A DNA stretch of 64,000 bases from Chrysomallon squamiferum (Eukaryota; Animalia; Mollusca), in NCBI GenBank assembly GCA_012295275.1, contig CM022675.1, positions 6,448,001-6,512,000 on the forward strand. Direction: 5' to 3'. The notes beneath the pieces are model-generated. The model saw only the letters and a list, made by a program, of their open reading frames with translations. It was not told where the DNA came from and searched no databases. Below, one piece after another: positions 51,473 through 64,000 of the stretch. Position 1 is the first letter of the stretch. Each line of letters opens with the position of its first letter. A program made the translations under genes and the position numbers.

Positions 51473-52438
51473 AAGTAATACGTTTTTGAAATCTTTTATT
51501 TAATTCATGCATTTATTAAAGGTTTGAACCCAGCTCTGGTCTGCACAGCAGGAAATCATTTACCAGTTTCTTCAAATAATCAAGATACTCAGTCATTGCT
51601 GGAGTCCATATTCGGGAGCACACTTTGGGCAGCTGTGCCTAAAACACGAAGATCAGCAGAAGTCAACCGCACAAGGAGGTTTGGGAACGTAAAACATTTT
51701 CAGGCAGCAATTCCAAAGAAAAATATTGTTGCCTGCCTTCAGTGTGGTCATTGGCATGAAAAGCATACAATTTGTGGTGAGTGAAAAATATTGAAATTAC
51801 TTTTCAGGCACAACTGAACAGACAGACACATACCCAAACATACATGCATGGAAGAAAAATTCTTAAACAACTATAAAGTCAGATGAGAACCTTGATTTTT
51901 TTTTCCAGTTTAAGATTTTAATTTTTTAAATTAATTTTAAATTATTATACCTATTAAAATGTCCCAAATTCTATGAAGATATTTTTTCTTTTTGTGCAAA
52001 ATGTATATATTGTAATTAGAAGTCATTCATTCATGGCAAAATTTTTAAAATATATTTTTTTTAAATTCTTTTTCTACTTCACTGTAATTTATACAAACAA
52101 GAACAAATGTTCATAAATATTAACTTTGGACTGAGATCTGATAAAATGTCAAATCAAAATATAATTAATACATTTTGTTTTAATGTTAAAATAATTAATT
52201 TTAATTTTTTTTTATTATTCAAGGAAACTGCTACAAACGGGTGCAGGAAGAAACGAAGGAGATGAGAGAGGCTATGGGAGATAATCTGGAATTTCAGGTT
52301 CCATACTCAGAAGTTGCTGTTTTGTATGAAGGAGAAGACAAGAACAATCCAGCTCTTAAAGACAAATATGTAGTTGAAATGAAAAAAGAGAGACCTCAGT
52401 GGTTTTCCAAACACTTGTTAACAAAGGTCCACCATTAG
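50870..52438 (+). CDS. MRPL32: Mitochondrial ribosomal protein bL32m (187 aa). Exons 50870-50963, 51522-51776, 52224-52438
   Basis: N-terminal presequence MAAPS..., then LWAAVPKTRRSAEVNRTRR...CLQCGHWHEKHTICGNCYKRVQEET...VLYEGE...KKERPQWF. Contains the bL32 AVPK motif and CxxC/CxxC zinc site; 564 nt in frame. Confidence 0.95.
51389..51468. repeat. (TC)n microsatellite in MRPL32 intron 1
   Basis: Direct observation. Confidence 0.95.
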
Positions 52439-53377
52439 CAACAGTTACTGTAGTGTTATTATGATGAATGTTTCATGTTGTTGTGTATTTAGGATTATAT
52501 ATAAAAAAAGACAATTTTTGAAACATTGCTACAGGTTGCCATGTGAAAAAACCCAAACTAAATGCAGAATATTTATTCAAAAAAACATTACAAAATACAA
52601 TGTCTTGGAAAATAATGTCAAGATTTATTAACATTGTAAATCTGCAGTAATGTATGACTGAACAAAATTCTGTAACCAATAAAAACTAATACTGACCCAG
52701 AGATAAGGTTTATTTTTATGTTGCTTCCTTCAATTCTTTGTATGTTGGAAATCTGTTAGTTTGTCCTTGCAGTTATTAGCTAACAGCACTCAAAAAAGAA
52801 CCAACAAAAAAAACACCCCAGAAAATATATGAAATATTTGTAATATCCAATATAAACTTGTTATAAATACGTTAGAAAATACACAGATTACTGTATTGAC
52901 TATTTTGTCATTAATATTTATTATTTTTTTGAAAAAGAAATATGTAAAACATAAAAAAACCCTGATTTCTATACCATATTGTTAACTTTTTAAGTTTTGT
53001 TTATTCACATTTTTATTTTTTTGAAAGTTAATTTAAGTTTCATACTTCACTGATTTTTTAAATACTTTGAAAAAATTATAACACAGAATAAATCGGGGCA
53101 ACTGGTGTATGAGATAGGAGAACCTATCTGAAAATTGGGTGTCAGATGTAAATACTTAGTAGTCATTTTTTTTCCCCCAACTAATTAAACTCGTTACATT
53201 TTCACATTTATAACATGTACATTGATAAAACCTGTTTTGATGGATCAGCTTATTTTTTCTGATGTTTATAAACTTTTGTATTAGCTAAAAAGAAAAAATA
53301 ATTAAATAAATAAACAAAAACACAAAGTAAAAGTTCCCAAAAGTCTTTTAATAACAACAATGTAGTTGAAATGAGTG

Positions 53378-56300
53378 TTAACGACTATTTGTTTTTCCCA
53401 GCCCTCGTTTGCCTACGTAAAGATGTTTTGGTTTCATGTTGAGGATGACGCGATCACCTTCACCCTTTCTTGCCTGCTGGTTGTAGGGTTTCTGAGCCTT
53501 CTTTGCCACTTTTCTTAGTTTTCTTGCCATCTGTGGTAAAAAAAAAAAAAAAAAAAAAAAAAAATAAAAAAAAAAAAACACCAGTTGAAATGTTTAGATG
53601 AATATCGAGGATGTCAATTTAAAATTAAAAAATCTGACAACATTCCATAAACTAAACTATTTGATAGGATAATCAAATGTTTCATGCCCCAAAAATGAAG
53701 ATTAAAGATACCAGTTTGGAATAAAGCTTCATAGCGTTTCTTAAGTGAAATTCTAAGACAGTATTTTGCCATTTTTGTCCTAATTTTCAGTCAATTGTGA
53801 AAAAAAAATCATGTTCTCAAACACCACCTGTTGAAAAACAATAAAAACTTTTGTTTGTTCCAGTCCAATAATTTCAGGAAATCACATACCGTAGCATCCC
53901 TGACTCCTGATTTGTCTCTAGGAGTTCTTGACTGGCTCCTTGACCTTGATCCACCATCAGCAGATTCATCTCTTTTACGTTTCAGTGGTTTTCGACTTGC
54001 ACTGCGAGATTTTGCCGTAGCATAATGTGTCTGTAATGAAATTTTTGATTTTTAGAATATTAAGATATACAGCATTTGCAAATTTCTTGTGTCAGTTCAC
54101 TTTTAGTAATTGTTTAGACAGGCTACAAAATTTGATTATGGGTAATGAAAATATATAATTAAATATTTGATCTCTTTCATGTTAAAACTGGTTGACACAA
54201 AAGATCCAAAAAAAAAAGAGTAAAAAATAATATATTATCTTTCACTTACATATGCAAATTATTTTTATTCCAACTAACCATATATATATACACATATATT
54301 AAAAAGTGTAAGAGTTGAAAGAACTATATTAGTTTAGACTGTTTGAGCTAACACATATTCCAGTTATCAAACATTGTAAGGAAAATACTGAATGTTCAGG
54401 TACAGAATACCTTTGAAATAATAAAATTTAAAACAAGCCTTTTTGTCTTATATTTATTATTAATATTACATAAAAGAAAAATATTTTCAAAATTAAATTT
54501 TATTACCTGATCCTTGTTTTCCAATTCTAGACCAAGCTCCTCCATTTCCCCCTCCATTCGAGAACGACTAACTTTCTTGGCTGTTCTTGGAAGGTGAGAC
54601 TTCTGCACTCTACGTCTCTCTCCTGATTCTATTATCATTATTTTTCTCTTTTCACGAATTCTGAAAAAAAATTTGGCAAAAGGAATATAAGGGTTCAAAA
54701 TTAACAAGAAATATATAATTTTAAGCAAATATATAAATAAAAGGAAATGTCCAAAATATATATGCTAATGCTAAAATGAAATCGTGTGGATTCAATCATT
54801 TGATCTTTGCTAATAATGGAGTAATGTAATAAGGATACAGTCACATCCCCAAAAATACGCAATATATTTTAGAAAAGAAACAAGAAGATGAAGGAAAGAT
54901 AAAACAGGAAATTAATATCTACACTAAAGTCTGTGTATATCACCATGTAGGTTTTAACTGCACAAATCAAAACCATGGTTGAAGTAATCCCTACCCAGGT
55001 ATTTTACAGTATCAGTGAAAAAATAGTTGTGTAACACTGTACACAAATTCTACTACAACTTCTGTGAGCACCAAAAAGGTCTCTCCAGGTACAGTAGCCC
55101 AAACTGTGACAATTAAAATGTGTGTTTAATAGAGTTTTGATTATGGAATTCAAAAAGCAGATATTTTTCATTTCAAATATCCTGTTTTTGTCATCACACA
55201 CAATTTAGTACTAAATAATAAAAACACTAATGTTTAATAGAGTTTTGATTATGGAATTCAAAAATACAGATATTTTTCATTTCAAATATCCTGTTTTTAA
55301 TATCACACACAATTTAATACTAAATAATAAATACTAATAACACTAATACACTAATAACACTAATAACACTAATACTACTAATAATAATAGACTAACTGTT
55401 TTGCTGTGGTTCTCAGCTGTTTCATGTCTTCATCTTCCTCACTTTCGTCAGAATCATAGAAACCAGCCTGTTCTCTCATCTCTTCTTCTTTCTCAAGTTC
55501 CTCAAGTTTCTGAAATACAGTTCAATGCAGAAAAATACCAGATATTTCAGATCTTTATCACATAATTTCTTACAGTTGCTAATAAATTTCCTTCTTTTAG
55601 ATGGTAATCTGTATTTTACTCCACCTCTAATTTCATTCCGCCAGTTTAAGAAATAAATAAATAATAAATTAATAATAATTTAAAAAAATAAATAATAAAT
55701 TAATAATAATAAAAAAAATTTCCCTCAGTTTCAGTTGTTATTATAACAATATATTTAAAATTCTTTTCACAGGAAAGTAATCTGTTGTCATTTGATCAAA
55801 ACACAGTTATGAGGGTTTGCTACATTTGAAAGATAATTTACAACAAAAACAACAAAATATACAGACCAAGAATTAAATTTATTATTATTTACTTTTTAAT
55901 ATTTTAACTTAGGTGTTATCTAAAATGTAATCTACCTGCATAATATCAGGGTCAATGTAATCAGCAATATTCTTTCCATGCCATATTTCAGGTATGATGT
56001 CATATTTCTCTTCAGGGTTCTTCAAATCCCAGTGTTCTGAAAAAAATTAAAAAAAAAAAATAAAATAAACCAACAAAAATCTAATTATATACATATTATA
56101 AACTTATTGATTACAAACAAGTTAATAGATTTCAAAAAGTACGATCTTCACCATTTTAAACGTATCTAGTTTTTCTTCTTCTCTTTATTTAATTTTAATT
56201 TTTATCAGAACCTCCACAATTCAAAAATAGCTATTTATTATTATTACTTAATTTATAATTTTTCCTTTTATGAAATAAATATAATCAAACTCACTTCTTA

Positions 56301-58258
56301 AATCAACAACATAATCATCACCAAGTTCCTCCTCAATATCACGTTCCTAAGAAACAAATAATTTGTCTGAATATTTTATTATTAGTTTCATAAAATACTT
56401 TGGACAGTTGGACAGTATACTTAAACACAAGATCTATAACCAAACCGTTTTGGTTCTAGCAATAAAATCTAACTGATCCTTTCCTAATAGAAAACTGATT
56501 AGTGATGGAATGATTCTAAAATTTTAACTGGGAAAAACTTGCAAAAAGGACATTAAATCCCAAAACATAGACAACAGAATGAAATAAAAATATAGGTTTT
56601 AAGATAAATATATCTATTCAATAGTGATGTCTTTATCAAAGAAATATTTTTCTTTTTGTTTGTTATTTCCAAGATGATGGGTGTTGTCCTTAACTGATTT
56701 TGACTCCATTTTTCCTGTTCCAATTTCTGCCTCTCACTGATGAAACATCATTAGCTAAATATCTGAGGCTACTGCTACAGCCATATGCTCTACCATTAAA
56801 CTACAGCATCCACAATGAAGTAAAATATGTAATATTTAACAGATGGAGAAAAATATTTCTTACCAATCTTTTCTTTTGTTTCACCGTTTCCTCCATAGCC
56901 TGCCTCTTCTTAAGTACAGCTTCAGGAATGCAAGGAGGTCTCTCCTGAAACAGAATGTTACACAAGCATAGAAAAAAAACCACATTCCCTGATAAATGAA
57001 TTTATAAACAGTAAAATATCTAGTTAAAGGGTAACATTGGTGGTCCATGTGTATGGCCTCAATGGATTCTAGATATTTTCAAATTAATGTTTTTTTATTA
57101 GTGAGCAACCTTTGCTAGTAATAAAGTACGACAATAAAATAACAAACTTGTGACATTCATTACATGGAGGCTGGACATTTTACATTTTACAGGTTCATCA
57201 TTTCGACTAAATATATATAAAGTAAAAAAAAACAACTGATAAAGTGAATAAATCACATCAAAATTTTACACATCCACAGTATATTGTAGAGTTTTCAAAA
57301 TAAACAGAAAATTAAATATTCTGATCTTTATTTATTGAAAATCCTTCTGAAAAAACCTGAACCAAAAGAAATCCTGCAAAATTTTTCAAATATTTCAATA
57401 CAAATAAATGTAGTTCAGTACCTGAAATAACAAACATATTTCTTTGAAAAAGCACTTTAATTTTTTCAGAATAATATTTTACCTTTTCATCTCGTTTAGC
57501 TGGAAAAGCCACACGCAATCTGTTAGCTACTTCGGCTGCCTTTTTTGAGTTGATCTTTCCCTGAATTCTGTGAGCCAACAATCGGTCACAGGCCTGAATA
57601 GGAAAAAATGTGAGCAAAATAAGAAAACGCCCATTTTATACTCTACCATGAATAACTGGTAAAACCTACAGCACAGAACTAAGCCTTGTCATCACAAGTT
57701 GTATTAATATGTTGGTACCATTTTTAGTTTTGCTGCTAGAACAATAATATATATATATATATTTTTTTTTTTTTAAATCCTTAAATTATTTACGCTCATT
57801 TGTCAGAATTAAAGTTTCTAAAAAAGGTTACTAGTACACTTTTAATGTTAACCATACTGTCTTTCATAATTAATTATAAAAATATACTTGTTGTACTGTA
57901 CTCCAAAGCTGTAATATTGACTTTTGAGCTATCTTTGAAAAATGCTGTGCAGCTATATAACTTTGTTGATTTTCATGAAGGTACCTAGTACCAGAAAAAA
58001 ATTATAATAATAAAAAAATAAAAATAAAAATAATATAATAATCAACAACAGATTAAAGTAATTAGTGAAATCTGCTCAGAACTTTCATTTACTGCTACTA
58101 TTTGACTAGACACATGAGTAATTGACAGATGAATGGTACCAAAATAATCAATATTTGAATAACACAGCATACCAAAATACATCTTGATGCCATGGCCTGA
58201 TTTAATGTTCAAGTTTATTCAACAGCTAATTGACATTTCTATATTTTGTTTATATGTA

Positions 58259-58293
<35 letters not shown>

Positions 58294-61200
58294 CTATCTA
58301 TCTACTGACCTCATTGCGTATTGACATAACACCTTCATCTGTAAGGGTGCTCATTTCCAAAACTGGCACATTCTCGTCAAAGTCATCAAACAATTTCTGC
58401 AAAGCAAAAATATATTCACCATTTTTAATCAATGCAATAATGTAAATGGTTGGAAATAATTTTTTAACCATGCACCAAACAAAAGAACATCTTTTTTCTC
58501 TTTAGGAAATAATTTTAGGTACTGAATGTTTATTGATTTTTGGTATTGGTGATATCAAGATATTTATAACTTTATAAAATATTTTCATAGTCATCGAGAT
58601 AACCAAAACACTGAATTTATCATTAAATATCTCGATTAATATCTGAATTAAAAAACTGAAATTTTATATATATTTACATTACACACACACACACACAGAT
58701 AATACATACATACATATTCATCATACACACACACACACACAAAACATGGCCTCACCTTTTTCTCTGGAGGTAACTCACTCAGTCTAACAACATCAATTTT
58801 ATTTGCACAGACAATCAGAGGTTTGTTGACAAACAGCGGCTTGATGTTTTCAAACAAGGAAATCTTGTAAAAATAAAATATCATTTTAAATCAATAAAAT
58901 AAATATGAGATGAAAAATGAAGAAAAGCATTATTAAGAAATGTTATTGAAATGTCTACTAAATGGTCAAAATACAAGTTTAAAACTTTGAGAACTGAGTT
59001 AACAAAGTATTTTCAATTGAGTTGCAATTTGTTTTTTTTCTTAATTTTTTTCTCCAAAATATAGAAAAATAATTACTTTCAATTACTACAATGATAAATC
59101 ACTCAACTAATATATCTGATGCATGAATATTTCAATATATATATATATAATTTTTTTTTTTTTTTTTACAATTCTTTAATGAAAACAGGTGAATAAACAT
59201 TATTAACAACTTAAACAAACATGTCCTGTTATTGAATTTTTGTGCAAAATAAAATTCAGTAAACTAAAAAAAATGTTTTCACCTGTTCCTCTAATGAATG
59301 GCCACACTGTTCAGACAGATCCATGATGTAGAGGACTGCTGATCTAATGTGAGCCAGAGCAGTGATGGCCTGCATCTCAATTGTGTTCCTGTCCTCCAAA
59401 CTGTGGTCCAGAATTCCTGGAGTGTCAATCACCTGCAACAGCCAATCAGAATCATTTATGACATGACAATCAAAAATATTTTGAATGCCAAGTAAAATAT
59501 AAGACTGAAAAGTGATTAAATATAAAAAATTGGTTGTTCAGTGTTAATGAAATATTAATCACTTAGCAAACAATGATTAGCTATGTTTTTTTTCATATGT
59601 TGGTAAAAAAGATAATATATCAAATGCAAATTAAACTTCTAATTAAAAACAAAAATAATTAAATAATATTTTGTTTGTTCAGTATTCAGTGAATATTAAT
59701 CATTTTGCTAAAATCATTAGCAATGTTTTATTATATATATCAGTAAAATAAAAATGATATTGTCAGACAATGATTCAAGGCTTCTCAAAATAGACATTGC
59801 ATATGATCTGGGGGCGACAACAAAAAAATATTAAAAAATTTAAAGCTGAAAACTAGATTAAAATATAACTAAATATATAAAATAAATAATAAATAATAAG
59901 TATAATTAGTATTTTTATTTTTCCAGTACAAATCTGTATTGGAAAGATTTCAAGAATACTGTACCTGCCATCTCAGATACTTGTAATCTGTGTGACCTAC
60001 ATACAGCGACTTTGTTGTGAAAGCATATGACTGTACTTCGACGTCTGCCCTGGTTATCTGAAAAAAGCAAAGAAATAATAAAAAATTACAAAAAAAAGAC
60101 CCCAGAAGACCCATCAGTTTAAATTATATTACATCATCTGACTTAAATATAAAGGTCTTTTCGATTATTTAAGGAGAAAAAAAGAAAAAAAAAGAAAAAG
60201 AAATGACATTTAAACTTTCCAGTGTTAGATATTTTGGGGAAAAATTAAAATCAAAGTGAAATATTAGGGTTTAATTTTAAACAGTGTATTATGTTCAGAT
60301 ACCTCAAATTTCATGCTAAAGAGTAAACTGAAGGTTTAATATGTGTGCAAGTTGGTACTAAAAATCAGTCTCTTTTACATTTTGAAATGTTTATTGTTTG
60401 TTTACTGAACTTCTTTCATCATAATAATGCATAACAATAACACAAATATGATTATGTCTTACTCCCTCCTTTGCAATATCATTTTCTAATGTAAAAACTA
60501 ACCTCAGTGGATACACAAACTTTGGAACAATTAACTCTGTAATGATCACACAGTTATGAAGTATTAAATGTTTCGGTTCATTTTGTACCATTTTTAAAAC
60601 ATTTTATTAACAACAGCCTGAATCAATAGGAAGGCAAAAATTACACACAAATTCCCTGTCCATAAAATACATATTATTACAAAAATGGATAAATCAGTAT
60701 TAAGAACATTTTTAAGATAAGGACTGTCACTGTACTTGGTCATTGTTTATTACAAATTATGTGTATAATGAACATACAAGCACAAAACAAAGAAAAATAA
60801 AATATTTACCTTGTTGATAAAGCTTGATTTTCCAACATTAGGAAAGCCACAGATGATGAGAGTTCTCGTGTTTGGGTCAATGGAAGGAAGACGAGAAAGA
60901 TGCTGTCGAACTTGCTCCAGATACTCCAAACTCTGCTTCTGTTTCTTCATTATTGTACACATCCTGAAGTAAATAATAATTAATTATGTGCTGTATTAAT
61001 TTGAAATCATATATTTCTTACTTATCTTTAGTTGTTGGATGCAATGAAGCAATGTTTTAAGCTCATTTCAGTTCTTTTCATTGCTATTCAAGTATTTTGC
61101 AATTTAAAGCCACATGTGACAATTAAAGAAAAAAAAAAATGAAAAATAAATTTGGTGACAAAAATATAGTCAAAATTAGAAGAAATTAGCTAAGTATTTA

Positions 61201-63254
61201 AGCTCATATTCAAATTCTGTAACAAACTAGTAATCAATATCATTAAAATATTTCTAATTGAATAATGTTTACTTATGTGAGCCCTGTGCTATGGTATGGT
61301 ATGTTTGTACATGCATGTATACTATTTTCTGCAGTTGGTAATTTTAGTTTTAAATGTGTAACATTTGTCTACACACCTGCCAAGTGCTGCTCGTTTGAGC
61401 TGCTTACACCTGTACAGCGAATCTCCATATTTCAGAAGTCGAACATAATCCTTGGCCACGCTGAAACATCAACAAAAATATCATAAATAACACAGGATGT
61501 CCTAGTTTCTGTTGGTCTGTCATGCTATCCATGGACATACACCTGTCACACATTTTTCAATAAATTCTCAAAACAATGGCCAGATTTATTCTGTATTTTA
61601 CCATGTATTTTCAAACATGTGGAATATAAAAATTTAGTTACTCCTCTACTTTATTAAAAAATAAATAAATGTAAGAATTTTTTTTTAAAATAAATAAATA
61701 TATATGTCATCTATATATTATAAACTGAAATTGTTCAAGGAATATATCTAATACAGTAGATAATTATCAAGTTAAACAAATATATATATATGCTTATCTA
61801 TGATAATTTAAAAAACAAATAAAATAGCCGGACTTTAACTGATTTCAATTGCAAATGTTAAGAACAAATATAAATAAATTTCTGAAAGATTTACTAGCAA
61901 CAGGAAGAAACTGACTAAGAAGACTGAATCGAAATAATTTAAAACGAAAAAAAAAAAAAACACCCACTTGTCTATGAGATGTCTGGCTGTGTTGATCTGT
62001 CCCAGAGCCAGTTTGTAATGATCCTTATCATAGAGAACATTCATCAAATCAGCGTAGAATGGATGGATGTCCTTTGAAAATATAATAAATAAATAAAAAT
62101 AATTAAATCAAAACAAACAATTAAAAAAAACAAAAAAAATGTATGCAAGAAGACTACTATCAAACTAAGCTAATAATTATTACAAATTTGAATGACAAAA
62201 GTGTAAAGGTAAATTATATATTACGATAAAGTTCATATTAAGTTCAATAATATTCACAAATAACTTTTAAACTTAAGCAGAATTGTCAGACTATTACTTG
62301 AATTATAACATGTCTATTATTTATCTACATAATTAATTATTAATCATAAATAATAATAAATCTGATGCTTTTATGACACATTCCATAAAATTACTGTTAT
62401 TACAGGTGTCTGTTTAGAAACAGGCTGATGGAAATGTTTCTAACAAATGAGAATAAAATAAAATAGTAGTATAAGTAATAAATAATAACAATAAAAAAAA
62501 GTGTTCACCTCAAGTTTAGGAAAATCTGTCAGAATCTGTGAGAGTTTATCATGGAAAGTCTGCTGAGCAAACTTGATTTTTCTCATATAGAAGCTACGTA
62601 TTCGTGAAATTTTGTAATGTTTGTGAACAACTGTAGGAGTTTTCCTCTGTGTTCTTGACAGTACAATGTCCACAAAGTCCTGAAAATAAAAACGAAATTT
62701 TATTATTATATTTATTATTTTTAATAAACAACACATTTAACATTCTTTACTTATGGTTACATGGTACCTTATGTAATTATGCTTCAGTCCATATGAAATA
62801 ATAAAGATACCAACAGAATGAAAGATTACGATTTGGAAAAATGTATTTTAAATTTTTTTTTAATTACTTGTGAATAAAATTATAAATTGATAGCATGATA
62901 AATATATTATATAACATTATAAATATAATTCTCCTCCAAAACATGAAAAGATATATAGTGTCATTTATTAATGTAACAGTTGTCGGTTGGTTGTAACTCG
63001 AAATAATCAGTATTGATCCTAATACACATCGTGACAGCCTAAATGTAACAGTAAGTCACAAACAGACCGAACAACGAGAGCAGTCAATCAATCTGTCTCC
63101 GACTCTCCAAAAACGAATACGAGACTCACAAATCTCTGGTTACACTACTTTCTCATATTATCATAATTAACCTGGATTATAGTAACCATATATACATAAA
63201 ACAAACCTTAGAAGGTGGAACCACCGTTATCTTTTTAAAATTATAGTTAGACAT
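53378..63254 (-). CDS. GTPBP4: Nucleolar GTP-binding protein 1 (NOG1), 634 aa, 17 exons: 63207-63254, 62509-62679, 61968-62071, 61377-61460, 60810-60963, 59965-60057, 59283-59432, 58756-58863, 58310-58396, 57483-57593, 56864-56944, 56295-56346, 55936-56036, 55397-55509, 54507-54660, 53890-54030, 53378-53530
   Basis: [32 protein letters not shown]; G1 [10 protein letters not shown]2 YAFTTK, G3 DTPGILD, G4 NKID; NOGCT-type [22 protein letters not shown]; C-terminal [18 protein letters not shown]. 1905 nt in frame. Confidence 0.97.
55123..55335. repeat. ~109-bp tandem duplication in a GTPBP4 intron, followed by short (TAACACTAA)n repeats
   Basis: TGTTTAATAGAGTTTTGATTATGGAATTCAAAAA...CACACAATTTA.TACTAAATAATAAA occurs twice (~55123 and ~55231). 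Confidence 0.85.
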
Positions 63255-63274
63255 CTTGCAAAATAGCTGGATAT

Positions 63275-63340
63275 TGTGCTCACGTGTTGTCTTAATTATC
63301 TTTCCGTTTCCATTTTTAGAACTTCCGGCGGAAATATGTT
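63275..63340 (-). promoter_or_regulatory. GTPBP4 proximal promoter/5' UTR with canonical E-box and paired ETS-like sites
   Basis: CACGTG at 63281-63286, 27 nt from the ATG. ACTTCCGG and CGGAAA at 63321-63334. Confidence 0.6.
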
Positions 63341-63527
63341 TGTATCAGTTAAGGTATCCAATGCTGTAAAGAGCATCACATTTTAAAGCCGTTTCCCATT
63401 ATTTTATTTTATTTTATTTTATTTTATTTTAAAATTATTCTTTACACATTCTACATTATTTGGATTGACATCTAGTTACAGACTCTTCGAACCGTTAAAG
63501 TGTATTTATTTACACTGGAAAGAATAA

Positions 63528-63591
<64 letters not shown>
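63528..63591. repeat. (AAT)n microsatellite
   Basis: Direct observation. Confidence 0.95.
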
Positions 63592-63595
<4 letters not shown>

Positions 63596-64000
63596 TAATA
63601 AAATTTCCCATGTTATTATGATAATGTTTTAATGATTCCAGGGGATAAGTTTTTACTAGTACAAATCCAGTGCAATAAAAGGAGACTGACATTTTCTCTT
63701 TTGAAAAAAGAAATGAAAATAGAGAAAATGTCACGTGTTATCAGCTAGATATAAACAGTTACAATCATTTTAACATCATAATGGTATCAAAATTTCTAGT
63801 GAACAACATCACATGCATACATATAAACATACATGCATATTACATACATACATACACTGTAATTTAATATTTATTTTTATTAACAAAACCCTCTCTAGCC
63901 AGTGATAAAATACATCATACATCATACATGCATACATAAATGCACGTATATCAAAATAATTTATAAAATACAAACAATATATATATATATATATATATAT

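Noticed and set aside
55123-55200. GTGATGA C-box-like motif on the minus strand in a GTPBP4 intron
   Set aside because: No D box at a plausible distance, and the motif is lost in the adjacent duplicate.
56775-56813. tRNA-like segment on the minus strand (GTAGTTTAATGGTAGAGCATATGGCTGTAG)
   Set aside because: Only the D-arm/A-box and an anticodon-like part are present, with no T-arm/B-box or acceptor stem. At most a tRNA-derived SINE head relic.

Overview
AT-rich, intron-containing animal genomic DNA with many microsatellites. Degenerate SINE-like relics tentatively suggest a mollusc/lophotrochozoan, but this is inference. Genes in order: 3' part of NACA (+, 119-5958); a decayed MULE transposase relic (-, ~7240-7560); a THAP-domain gene built from phase-0 exons (+, 7814-13548); a four-finger C2H2 gene (-, 15006-16097); two tandem divergent profilins (+, 30448-30846 and 37164-37577); PSMA2 (-) head-to-head with MRPL32 (+); and a complete 17-exon GTPBP4/NOG1 (-, 53378-63254). 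The standout feature is an array of nine box C/D snoRNA copies of one family (SNORD12/snR190-like, antisense to 28S CGGGGAAAG) in only three NACA introns, distributed 1+4+4. This departs from the usual animal pattern of one snoRNA per intron. Candidate recursive splice sites and poison micro-exons lie between some copies, and a local ~530-560 bp tandem duplication shows how the array grew. Several GC-richer, foldable islands at 40.8-43.2 kb remain unexplained.
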